IMG/VR virus record: IMGVR_UViG_3300008954_002234
DNA: 64,000 nucleotides
DNA from: an uncultured virus (IMG/VR IMGVR_UViG_3300008954_002234)
Lineage: Duplodnaviria; Heunggongvirae; Uroviricota; Caudoviricetes
Strand: one strand, 5' to 3'
Below, in pieces: positions 16,153 through 24,745 of this stretch; positions within the stretch are counted from its first letter, which is position 1, and every line of letters begins with the position of its first letter. The notes under the pieces were generated by a model that was not told the origin of the DNA, made no database searches, and saw nothing but the letters and a program-made list of their open reading frames with translations. Position numbers and translations under genes: made by a program.

Positions 16153-16229
16153 GGAGAACTCCGGTGTTTCACTAGGGTAACCTACAAACCCCGTCCGCGC
16201 ATCTCGCGCAGCACCATGCCGAAGTCTCC
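16153..16229 (-). ncRNA. Three-stem RNA motif, copy X (unnamed)
   Basis: On -: GGAGACTTCGG-CATGGTG-CTGCGC-GAGAT-GCGCGG-AC-GGGGT-TTGTAGGTT-ACCCT-AG-TGAAACA-CCGGAGTTCTCC. Confidence 0.7.
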
Positions 16230-16235
16230 TATCCG

Positions 16236-16430
16236 CTAACTACGGCGTTTCGTAGTGCGGCGAGCGGCCTTTGGGCCGTTCATTGAAGCGGCGAATGCCG
16301 CCTTATCAACCGTCTCGTATGAGTGAGAGTGTTGATTGATCTTGACCAACTGTTCAGCGGTCACAACTTTCAGGTCTCCGCCGGTCTGGCGTTGAACCTC
16401 CAACCGATATGTATGATTACGCATACCCAT
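16236..16430 (-). CDS. Hypothetical early protein
   Basis: Downstream of a TTGACT-17-TAAGAT promoter near 16510. Confidence 0.6.
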   Translation of the reverse strand: MGMRNHTYRLEVQRQTGGDLKVVTAEQLVKINQHSHSYETVDKAAFAASMNGPKAARRTTKRRS

Positions 16431-16505
16431 AATTTATTCGTCTGTTTTTTTTGTCTGGGCCGTTCCCTGACTACTTCTTAATCTTATCACTAACTGCCGC
16501 GAAAG

Positions 16506-17435
16506 TCAAGCAATTAATTTCAAATAATCCAAACCTTTTGCTGTTATGTTTCTTCCAGCGGTTGTTATCTCCATTAAGCTATGCTTTTGCAAGTAAATTT
16601 CAAAATCTCTTTGAATTGCTGCTTTGCTGATACCAGTTTTTGCAGACAAATTAGTAAGACTACAATCTTTGTGATCTTTTAATATGTTTAGCAACTGGAT
16701 TTCAGTAACATTTAAACCAAGTGGAAAGATGTTTAATATCCTACTCAATTCTTTCCAATGAGTTGAATTAAATCTTTTAACTTTTTTCTGGCCACAATAA
16801 GACACAATTTTATGAGCCATTTTTTGTGCTGCTCGCGCATTGCCCCGCAATACAGATGCAATATCTTGTAATGTTTTTGGATCAATGTCTATGTCGAGGT
16901 TCAGAGCAACTATCTGCCCCATCTCCTCAATAGAGTATTCCTCAAGGTCAACACGCTCCAGCCTGTCCATCAAGGCATGGAATACGGATTGAGTTTCGGT
17001 TGTGGCGAACATGAACGATAGCCGACTAAAATCAAAGTCAACTGTATAATCCTCGAAAGAGAATGATGTCATGTTTTCGGAGTTAGGATTGAGGATGGTC
17101 AGCATAGCCATCGAAACATCCTTGGGAATCTCGCTTGCCTCATCAAAGAGGATGGTAGCGTCCCTGTCCTGCATCAACGGAATAACCAACTGATTAAAGA
17201 ACTGCTTTACATTCTTAATCGTAGAACAGTTAATCTCAAAGTACCGTTTGGCATCGTCAATACTTTTAAGTGTACGCGCAACTGCCTTCGCCATCGTTGT
17301 CTTGCCGCAACCCTTGGGCGCGACAAACATGAGGTGAGGCATAACCGAGGTAGCCTTGAACCCTCCAATATGGAAATCCAGTACGCGCTTCGCGCTTTCT
17401 TGCCCGATTATGTCGGGGAATGTAGTCGTATCCAT
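16506..17435 (-). CDS. ruvB: RuvB-like AAA+ ATPase
   Basis: FPDIIGQ, Walker A APKGCGKT, Walker B ILFDEA, ATTE, LMDRL, RGNAR, C-terminal winged helix ending GRNITAKG. Confidence 0.8.
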   Translation of the reverse strand: MDTTTFPDIIGQESAKRVLDFHIGGFKATSVMPHLMFVAPKGCGKTTMAKAVARTLKSIDDAKRYFEINCSTIKNVKQFFNQLVIPLMQDRDATILFDEASEIPKDVSMAMLTILNPNSENMTSFSFEDYTVDFDFSRLSFMFATTETQSVFHALMDRLERVDLEEYSIEEMGQIVALNLDIDIDPKTLQDIASVLRGNARAAQKMAHKIVSYCGQKKVKRFNSTHWKELSRILNIFPLGLNVTEIQLLNILKDHKDCSLTNLSAKTGISKAAIQRDFEIYLQKHSLMEITTAGRNITAKGLDYLKLIA

Positions 17436-17459
17436 CAGTCTATCTTAACAGTTACTTGA

Positions 17460-17726
17460 TTAAAAGTCAATACTTTTTACTGCTACCTTGCTTTCTTCTT
17501 CAAGGGCAGTCTCTTTCACTTCAACTGGCGCGGCGGCAGACACATTCGCATAATTAGATATGATACGATTGCCTGTCTGAAGTCCGAGTTGCTCGGCGTA
17601 CTTCCTTCCAACCATAACGATAGCGTCCTCGCGCAAGACACGGTTAAGCTCTCGTAGGTTGACTTCGATGAGGCTTGTCGCGCCTTTAGTGCGGCCCGAT
17701 CCTTTCTTTCTAGTCATCGTTGACAT
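17460..17726 (-). CDS. Hypothetical protein
   Basis: ATG 6 nt after TATTAT of a TTGACA-17 promoter; RKKGSGRTKGATS N-terminus. Confidence 0.6.
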   Translation of the reverse strand: MSTMTRKKGSGRTKGATSLIEVNLRELNRVLREDAIVMVGRKYAEQLGLQTGNRIISNYANVSAAAPVEVKETALEEESKVAVKSIDF

Positions 17727-17960
17727 ATACATATAATAGCACAAGCTGAAGCACTTGTCAACATAAAAAAACATTTAAATGAATAAATAAATTTAATTAA
17801 AAAGATGATTGATTTGACTATGTTTGAGATTGCTTGACTTATTTTAATTTATTTTAAAATTTTTTAATAAAAGAATGATGTTATTAGATTTCTTTTAAAA
17901 GTGTCACATTATAGGCGGCGGCTATAATATTTGACTATATTTAAATCACATTTATTAGTT

Positions 17961-18142
17961 AATATTACGCCGAAAATCATTCACAAATACGACTACAAAA
18001 AAATAAATAAAAAAATTTATTTAAATTTAATTAAAAATTGTATGTTGTTTTGTTTGTTAGTTGTTATATTTACATAATAATATTTCGGGCCAATTCATTC
18101 ACAAATATGATTAAGTATTTCGCCGCGATTCATTCACAAATA
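17961..18142. repeat. Three direct repeats of about 29 bp in an AT-rich gene-free region
   Basis: TCATTCACAAATA at 17977, 18095 and 18130, each preceded by a(a/g)tatt(a/t)cg(c/g). Confidence 0.7.
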
Positions 18143-18217
18143 TGGACGCGAGGGTCGGAATCGAACCGACGAGTAAGAGTTTTGCAGACTCCCGCCTTAC
18201 CACTTGGCTACCCCGCG
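18143..18217 (-). tRNA. tRNA-Cys (GCA)
   Basis: Cloverleaf, anticodon loop CTGCAAA, GGTTCGATTCC T-arm, U73, encoded CCA. Confidence 0.93.
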
Positions 18218-18635
18218 CCAAAATAATAAAATAATAATATAAATAAAAATAATTTAATATATTTGCTTATATGTTGAGTAGTATTAAATAGAGTAATAGA
18301 TAAAGGAGAAAAAGTATTAAATTAAATTTTTAAATTTTTTTAAATCGGCGGCTATATTTGCAATTATATCTTTGCGATACAACCAATCTAATTTAATTAA
18401 ACTTAAATAAATTTAAATATAAATGTTTATATGTATTGTTCTTCATGTTCATAATATGTAATGTTTAACCTTCTGTATGTGTGAACACATAGTAGCTAAT
18501 TGCTATAAGTATTAAAAGAAATATAATCAAATTGTATTCTGTATGTAATATGTGACAAAGTAAAGGGTTCATATATCAATAAGTAGTAAATCGTTGCGTA
18601 TCAGTATATTAGTATATCAAGGACTGTAACAGAAG

Positions 18636-18914
18636 TCAAGATGTATTCCTTTGTGCTTTGCTTTTTAGTTTATGCTTTCTAGGCTTCGTATTTGCCTTCT
18701 GAGCCACTTTCTCAGCCTTGCCTTGTCCTGACTCCTTCTGCTTTAATAGCCGCGCCTCGGCTCGTTTCTGAGCCAGTTTCCATCTACGCTTGGTACGCTC
18801 TGGAATCTCATCAAGTTGCTCTGCCATTATATCGGCAACCTGAGTCATCCGATTGAGCATCTTCTCGTCCTCTGCATTGAGGATGGACTCTCGTATTGCT
18901 ACAATCTGTTTCAT
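18636..18914 (-). CDS. Hypothetical basic protein
   Basis: ATGA-coupled ORF. Confidence 0.55.
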   Translation of the reverse strand: MKQIVAIRESILNAEDEKMLNRMTQVADIMAEQLDEIPERTKRRWKLAQKRAEARLLKQKESGQGKAEKVAQKANTKPRKHKLKSKAQRNTS

Positions 18915-19111
18915 TCGGTAATTCGTTTAATGTCTGGTTCGTCAGTTGAATCGACTCTGTATCCAGTAAGTGTTTCAAGTACCCTGCAAATCGTCGTGTG
19001 CGATTGATTGCTTGCTATCTCATCGAGGATATATTCTCGGATAGTTTCGAGTGGTATATCTACCGAGCCGCCCGATGAGAGTTGATATTCAAGTAATGTT
19101 TTTAATGACAT
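18911..19111 (-). CDS. Hypothetical protein
   Basis: ORF in operon. Confidence 0.55.
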   Translation of the reverse strand: MSLKTLLEYQLSSGGSVDIPLETIREYILDEIASNQSHTTICRVLETLTGYRVDSTDEPDIKRITE

Positions 19112-19133
19112 AAATAAATTTAATTAAATTTTT

Positions 19134-19328
19134 TTAAAAAAGTTCTTTTGGTATGTTCAAGTTGATTTCTGGTACATTTTTAATCAACCACTCTCGCCTA
19201 TTATCGTAATCTTTTCGTAGCAAGAAGTCCATAAATACTTTCTTGACTGCCGCATTAGGCACATTCACGATGACTTCGTTTTCCTCTTGGTTCTTGAAGT
19301 CCCAATAGATAGGTAATTTAATTTTCAT
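19134..19328 (-). CDS. Hypothetical protein
   Basis: ORF in operon. Confidence 0.55.
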   Translation of the reverse strand: MKIKLPIYWDFKNQEENEVIVNVPNAAVKKVFMDFLLRKDYDNRREWLIKNVPEINLNIPKELF

Positions 19329-19484
19329 TCTTGACTATATGGTAAGTAGGTTCGTTTCCCATTCTTGCTACCCTCTCAATCTCGTCTAGGTAAGACATGA
19401 GTTGGTTTAAAGTCGAGAACGAATAATATGAACAACCAAGCACTACTGCTAAAGATATAATTGTTAGTATTGTTTTTATCTTCT

Positions 19485-19748
19485 TCATTTTTTAAGGCTC
19501 TTGTAATTCTTTGCTAGTATATTGTTATGGACAACATCCATATCTTGCTGAAAATTTTGAGCAGTTGCTTCGTTGGCAAATTGAGTGTCTTGGTCAGGCT
19601 TGCCTATGAAATAATCCTCAATGTTGCTCTGGTGATAACCTACCGCTGCTGCTAAACGCATGAGTAAGTCTCGAAATTCAGAGATATGCAAGTCAGGGCA
19701 AGTCTCGAAAGAGATGGTTTCTTCTCCCCTTTCGACCGTTATGGTCAT
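19485..19748 (-). CDS. Hypothetical protein
   Basis: Start reassigned to MTITVE, just after the upstream peptide. Confidence 0.55.
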   Translation of the reverse strand: MTITVERGEETISFETCPDLHISEFRDLLMRLAAAVGYHQSNIEDYFIGKPDQDTQFANEATAQNFQQDMDVVHNNILAKNYKSLKK

Positions 19749-19749
19749 T

Positions 19750-19887
19750 TTATCGTCCTTGTCCTCTGTATGCTTTGACATAGTTCTTACTATTTTTATT
19801 CCAAGAGTGTTTGTTTTTGGCGTGTTTGCCCTTGCTCTTTTTCTTGTCGTTGAGCGAAACTTTGCCGCTAGTTGCTTTTTTTGCCAT
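19750..19887 (-). CDS. 45-aa Lys-rich peptide ending YRGQGR (not in ORF track)
   Basis: MAKKATSGKVSLNDKKKSKGKHAKNKHSWNKNSKNYVKAYRGQGR. Confidence 0.65.
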   Translation of the reverse strand: MAKKATSGKVSLNDKKKSKGKHAKNKHSWNKNSKNYVKAYRGQGR

Positions 19888-20068
19888 TTTTATCTTTTAA
19901 TATAAACTCCAAAACATTAAGTCTGTCGTAAACCTCTTGTAGTTGGTCGCGGTAGTGTTGTTGCGTCCAACCATCGTTATACGAACTTGTTGCTTCGATT
20001 ATCCACTTGTCAATTTGGTCTTGTGCTGTCATGCGATTTTCAACTATGTGTCTATATTTTAAGCCCAT
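19868..20068 (-). CDS. Conserved phage hypothetical protein
   Basis: SSYNDGWTQQHY motif. Confidence 0.6.
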   Translation of the reverse strand: MGLKYRHIVENRMTAQDQIDKWIIEATSSYNDGWTQQHYRDQLQEVYDRLNVLEFILKDKNGKKSN

Positions 20069-20085
20069 AATTTATGCCGACTTTC

Positions 20086-20532
20086 CTAAATGTGCATCTT
20101 TTCTGCAACGCGAGAATGAGGGATGTTGTATGACGCGCCAGACATTGCTTCAAGTTCATCCCGCACATACTGGAGAATCCTAGCGAAAGTAATTAGGTCG
20201 TATTTCTTGGGTATAGTACCCTGCATCGAGTAGTTGTAATCCTCGCCATTCCAATTTGATTTGACTGGTAGAGTAACCTTTATCTCGGAGTCGCAATACT
20301 CGTAGCTTTGTTGAGAGAGTTTGTTTCCAGAACCATAGGTACGGGTTTTAAGCGCATCCTTGAAATAGACAGTTGCCGTGCCTTTCGACTGATTGTTTAT
20401 CCTGACCGAAACCGCATCATACGGAAAGTCTCTTGTTGGGCATCGTGAAAAAACTTGGTTGTCGTTAATGTTTGGGTTGCGATTTACTAAACCATTTTTT
20501 TCCCAAAACACTTGTGTTGTAATGTTATCCAT
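20086..20532 (-). CDS. Hypothetical protein
   Basis: ATG 6 nt after TATCAT of a TTGACA-17 promoter. Confidence 0.6.
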   Translation of the reverse strand: MDNITTQVFWEKNGLVNRNPNINDNQVFSRCPTRDFPYDAVSVRINNQSKGTATVYFKDALKTRTYGSGNKLSQQSYEYCDSEIKVTLPVKSNWNGEDYNYSMQGTIPKKYDLITFARILQYVRDELEAMSGASYNIPHSRVAEKMHI

Positions 20533-20563
20533 GTTTTTATGATACCATATACTGAGGCTAATG

Positions 20564-20782
20564 TCAAGAACCTTCTTCAAAAAGTTCGCGTTCTTCCTCT
20601 GTTAAATATATTGCTGTTTTCCCTAAATACATTCTGCCTAAATGCGTGTTCATTTCCATTCCTGTTACTTTATAGTCATCTTCATCTTTACCTATCTCTC
20701 CGCACCAAATACTCCAACTCATACGCCAACTTGTGTAAGCTACAAGACTGTCTGTTAAGTAGTAAAATAAATGTTTAGTCAA
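20564..20782 (-). CDS. Hypothetical protein
   Basis: ORF track. Confidence 0.4.
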   Translation of the reverse strand: MTKHLFYYLTDSLVAYTSWRMSWSIWCGEIGKDEDDYKVTGMEMNTHLGRMYLGKTAIYLTEEERELFEEGS

Positions 20783-20788
20783 AACATT

Positions 20789-21079
20789 TTAAAACTTTTT
20801 TAAAAATGGAGTGAATCGGAGTGAGATGTAACTTACATCACTTTGTTCTTTTGTTTCTTCGTAATTTGAGTTGAATAGTTCTCCATCTAAAAGAAGTGAG
20901 TTTGCTTCGATGGTAACAAAATCAATTTCAAAAGTGTATTCGGTTTCTCTTTTTGACTTTATCGTCAGTCTATGTGTATTTGAGCCAGAGAAATGTATAT
21001 TTACATCATTAAACACTCTTTTGCTTTTGACAACTCCTTCGTTGTCTGACTCAAGTATTTTAATTTTGCCCTGCATCAA
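20789..21079 (-). CDS. Hypothetical protein
   Basis: ORF track. Confidence 0.5.
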   Translation of the reverse strand: MMQGKIKILESDNEGVVKSKRVFNDVNIHFSGSNTHRLTIKSKRETEYTFEIDFVTIEANSLLLDGELFNSNYEETKEQSDVSYISLRFTPFLKKF

Positions 21080-21225
21080 AGATCGTTCGGATATGTTGTA
21101 AGTCGATGATAACCTCGTTTAACGAGTATTCGGCATCTCCTTTTGCTTCGCCAAGGAGGAATGACAAGTCCAGACTTTCGATACTGTCAATCACTTCTTC
21201 CAATGTATTTACTGCTGTTTGTTGA

Positions 21226-21507
21226 CTATCCATGATTTGTTATATTTTTTTTAATAATTGTTTCTAATGCTTTGAATTTATATTTTGGTAAATATCCTAC
21301 TTGTAATTTTGTTTCTTCTTGTATAGCTTCATCTTCGTAATCAAGAAAACCTTCTTCTGCAAGATACTCAATCATATTGTCAACCTCTTTCATCTCTGGT
21401 ATCTTTTTAGAATGAATGGTAATTTTAATTTCTCTAGGTTGATACTGCTTTTGGACAATTATATTGCAGTCCTTTAGCCCTATGCCCGTGTAGTTATCTT
21501 GCATCAT
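21226..21507 (-). CDS. Hypothetical protein
   Basis: ATGA-coupled. Confidence 0.55.
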   Translation of the reverse strand: MMQDNYTGIGLKDCNIIVQKQYQPREIKITIHSKKIPEMKEVDNMIEYLAEEGFLDYEDEAIQEETKLQVGYLPKYKFKALETIIKKNITNHG

Positions 21508-22148
21508 TTTTCCAAGCAGTATGACCAGTAGCGTGAGTTACGCTTGTTCTGGTTCTTATCCCAATAGATACACCGTGCAATATAAGACGGTACTCGCTTC
21601 GCTTCGCATTGCTTGAGCCAATCGGCTTCAATGCTCTTGTAGTGCTTCGCGTCCTTTGTTTGGTCAAGGCCGTAGAACTGAAATAAATGAGTATCCATGC
21701 AAGTAACTTCTGCCTCGTTTGGGAATGCCATCTCCAAGCCAAAGCTAGTCTTTGCATTTCCTAAACCAAGAATCTTTTTAACAAGATGGTCGCGCCATTC
21801 AGTCCAAGTCCTCTGGCTGCGATTCAGAAAGTCATCAACATTGCCCCAAAACTTTTCTTTGAAGTCCATGATAAAGCGAGTTCTTTGGTTCTGAAAACCA
21901 ACTCTCGATTTCTCGATCTTCTGAAACAGTTTACCTTTATCATTCTCCCAACGCTTGAAGTTTTTTATAGCTTGGTATCCTCTTACATTATTCTTCCATG
22001 TCGTATGGACACTCATGTAGGCAAATAACCAACGCTGATAGTGTTCGTCCTCTGTCTTTGGTGCAACGCTTTGCCAGTATTCCATATAGCGGCAAACATC
22101 CTCTGGCTTGATTGAGTCAAAAAACTCTTTTCCTTTTGTAGTAAGCAT
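21504..22148 (-). CDS. HhH-GPD-type DNA glycosylase/AP lyase-like protein
   Basis: HhH motif ILGLGNAKTSF followed by CMDTH; own sigma70 promoter. Confidence 0.7.
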   Translation of the reverse strand: MLTTKGKEFFDSIKPEDVCRYMEYWQSVAPKTEDEHYQRWLFAYMSVHTTWKNNVRGYQAIKNFKRWENDKGKLFQKIEKSRVGFQNQRTRFIMDFKEKFWGNVDDFLNRSQRTWTEWRDHLVKKILGLGNAKTSFGLEMAFPNEAEVTCMDTHLFQFYGLDQTKDAKHYKSIEADWLKQCEAKRVPSYIARCIYWDKNQNKRNSRYWSYCLEK

Positions 22149-22345
22149 ATCCTTTTACCAATATACATCATACTTGCCTAATTGTCAAGCATAATCTTTG
22201 GCTTTGTCATACTCCCAACCTCCATCAATCTGTTCCTCTGATTTCCACTCGTAGTGTTTTGGTTGTTCCCATTTTACCGTATTGCAACCGCACGACAAAA
22301 CTAGAATAGATGCTGCGAGTTTTATTTTTAAATTTTTAAATAAAT

Positions 22346-22642
22346 TCATTCTTTTAAAGCGCAACCAATATGTTCTTGAGGAGAAAAAAGATGTTCGTAA
22401 TCAGTTTCAAATGTTGATTTGCCACAATGCTTGCAAACCCAACCCTCTTTCATTTTATGCTCGTACGCTTCATCCTCTGCTTTATTCAAAGCATTAACAA
22501 TTATATTAGCTAGATGATTGCTTCTGGCTCTTTCTTCTTTGCCGTAGCCTTCGCCAATAAAAATATCGGGGTCAGAATCTTTGACATTTGAAGTTACCCA
22601 AATCTCGTTGCCCTGTTTTCTTTTTTCGATTGACCATTTCAT
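22346..22642 (-). CDS. Hypothetical protein with Zn-binding motif
   Basis: CKHC..HIGC. Confidence 0.55.
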   Translation of the reverse strand: MKWSIEKRKQGNEIWVTSNVKDSDPDIFIGEGYGKEERARSNHLANIIVNALNKAEDEAYEHKMKEGWVCKHCGKSTFETDYEHLFSPQEHIGCALKE

Positions 22643-22845
22643 TTTTTTTTATTCTACAATTAAAGACTTGCGGCGTACATTAGTAAGACTGTTACTCCCA
22701 CTATAACAACACCACACATAACCATAGCGACTGCATCTTTCCATGTCGGCTCACAACCTTTCAGACCATACTTTTGTAATCTTGCAAGCATTTCATGTGT
22801 TGTCATTAACTCGTCTTTTTTCTTTTTTTTAAACATTTTTAAAAA

Positions 22846-23190
22846 TCACACTTCACACTCCCAGCGGGGATTATACTTCTCTTGCAGCCTTATCCATGCT
22901 TCGGTGTAGACCTTTTTCCATTTGCTACGCATCTCATCTGTCCAAGCGTTATCTGCTTCTGGTCGCCAATCAAATTGTGGTCTGTCATCAATGACCGTAG
23001 GAAACTTTGGATGGACAATCCTTTGTGCGCGACTTGGAGAGCATTTAATATGCTTGTCGTAAATTAGCCAACGGTGTATTCCGCTTTCGTCTAATTCACC
23101 TGTCTCTATTCCCAAATAGACTTGAGAATCCCATTGGCCTTTTATCGGCTTGCCGCAAACTTGACAGTCTGTTTTAACAAAATCAGTCAT
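22846..23190 (-). CDS. Hypothetical protein
   Basis: CQVC..HIKC. Confidence 0.55.
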   Translation of the reverse strand: MTDFVKTDCQVCGKPIKGQWDSQVYLGIETGELDESGIHRWLIYDKHIKCSPSRAQRIVHPKFPTVIDDRPQFDWRPEADNAWTDEMRSKWKKVYTEAWIRLQEKYNPRWECEV

Positions 23191-23503
23191 CTAACCTATG
23201 TATAAATATCGGCGTGAAGTCTCCAACATAAGCACCAACTACATTAAACTCCATATATTCATGTGCTTCCTCTTTTGTCATGCCATCATATCCCTCTGGT
23301 TGGCCGTTCATTAAAATCTCCATGCACTTATCGTAATCATAAACTACGGTACAGTTTGCATCGTAACCTATAATCGCCGCATCAAACCCATCAGCAAAAA
23401 CCGCATCGGGATTTATGTCCGATATAATATCGGTGCAAGTATAGTGCTGAATCTCTTTGTTCTTTGGTTTGATTGGATTAAAAATATCTTCGTTGATTGC
23501 CAT
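23183..23503 (-). CDS. Conserved phage hypothetical protein
   Basis: ADGFDAAIIG..VVYD..EEAHEYMEFNVVGAYVG..TPIF. Confidence 0.7.
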   Translation of the reverse strand: MAINEDIFNPIKPKNKEIQHYTCTDIISDINPDAVFADGFDAAIIGYDANCTVVYDYDKCMEILMNGQPEGYDGMTKEEAHEYMEFNVVGAYVGDFTPIFIHRLDD

Positions 23504-23552
23504 TATAGTTCTTCTGGTTGGATAACGGTTTACTACAAGTCCATTTAATGCC

Positions 23553-23765
23553 TTAACCAATGTCATTGAACTTTGCTACGACTTCGCCTTGTCTTTGCGT
23601 AGACAACCTCTGTATTTCATCTAGGCTCTCCTTAACATTCTGATGACTCCATCGGGTAACTATCGTTGAATTGTTTCCCATAGGCTCGATACTAACTACC
23701 GTATCTAGGTTGAATAGAATCTCTTGATTCATTCCTGCTGTATGCAACTTTACAAAGTGTGCCAT
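23553..23765 (-). CDS. FlbD-like small protein
   Basis: FVKL..ILFNLDTVVSIE..VKESLDEI pattern. Confidence 0.5.
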   Translation of the reverse strand: MAHFVKLHTAGMNQEILFNLDTVVSIEPMGNNSTIVTRWSHQNVKESLDEIQRLSTQRQGEVVAKFNDIG

Positions 23766-23775
23766 TTTTAAATTT

Positions 23776-23811
23776 AAAAATAAATGCGGGGAAGCAAAAG
23801 CCTCCCCGCAT
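23776..23811 (-). terminator. Intrinsic terminator after rIIB
   Basis: ATGCGGGGA..TCCCCGCAT stem with a T-rich tail on -. Confidence 0.75.
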
Positions 23812-23823
23812 AGGATACGATTA

Positions 23824-24708
23824 CTACTTACTGAACCGACCTAGAGTATCCCTTTTGGGAAGTTTCTTGGCCATCTTGGGAACACTCGCTCCCAAAGTCT
23901 CTTTCGCAGCATTGAACCCTGCTTCATATCCAGCATCGTAACCAGAATCTTCATCTTCCTCCCAATCTTCCTCACAATCGTAATCACCATAGTCATCACA
24001 AAGAGGTTCTTCCAGCTTGCGTTCAAACAAGGACACAACCTTGTATTTGCAAGTGCGTAGTTTCTGACAGTTGCAGTCAAATGGAACCGAAACAACATCG
24101 GCGGGGTCAATCTCAACAACCATCAAGTTGCCTCCATTGCCGAAACTGCGAGCATACTCAAGGCTACCCGCATGGAAACCGTGAGAGCAACCAATGTCAG
24201 CATCGTCGCAGACATAGTTTCGAGTCATCTCTAAAGTCTCACCAACATTGTTGTTGAACGAACCACTATGCCAATCGGTGAAGTCACTCTTTACTCCTTT
24301 ATAGGCAAGGAAGTTGCCGTCAGGAGTTAGTGGCATGGCTTTATGCTCAAGAAATGAGTAGAGTTCCTGAGTTGCGCGACGAGATGGGTTACTCATCAAC
24401 TTGTCAAGAAATTTGACAAGTGGCTTGTAAGGCAAACCTTGACGCATGAAGTCTAGGATTCTGCCCACAACATGACCATGCACTTCTTCGTTCTTGTATT
24501 TTACAAGACCTTCAGTTACGGAGATATTCCCGTCAACATAGTCCTCAACTGCTTTGCTGGTATCAAAGAGTTGCTCCAGTTTCTCGGCGTCCTCGTTATT
24601 GAGTGCCTCGGTTGCTTGATGGAAAGCAGGGTTTGTCTTGTCCATCGTGTATGCCTTGCCGTTTACTACTACGGTCAAGGAGTTATCAGTCAGTATATAT
24701 GGTATCAT
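23824..24708 (-). CDS. rIIB: RIIB-like protein
   Basis: DGNFLAYKGV, CSHGFHAG, DPADVVSVP, KLRTCKYKV; directly downstream of rIIA. Confidence 0.9.
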   Translation of the reverse strand: MIPYILTDNSLTVVVNGKAYTMDKTNPAFHQATEALNNEDAEKLEQLFDTSKAVEDYVDGNISVTEGLVKYKNEEVHGHVVGRILDFMRQGLPYKPLVKFLDKLMSNPSRRATQELYSFLEHKAMPLTPDGNFLAYKGVKSDFTDWHSGSFNNNVGETLEMTRNYVCDDADIGCSHGFHAGSLEYARSFGNGGNLMVVEIDPADVVSVPFDCNCQKLRTCKYKVVSLFERKLEEPLCDDYGDYDCEEDWEEDEDSGYDAGYEAGFNAAKETLGASVPKMAKKLPKRDTLGRFSK

Positions 24709-24745
24709 AATAATTTTAACCTTCTTTTGTTATCCTACCTTAAAC

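Noticed and set aside
14415..16229. Hammerhead ribozyme call for the twin RNA motif
   Set aside because: GAAA is present, but the CUGANGA core and the stem order do not fit.
18038..18226. 62-aa + strand ORF
   Set aside because: It is the antisense reading of tRNA-Cys and AT-rich repeats.
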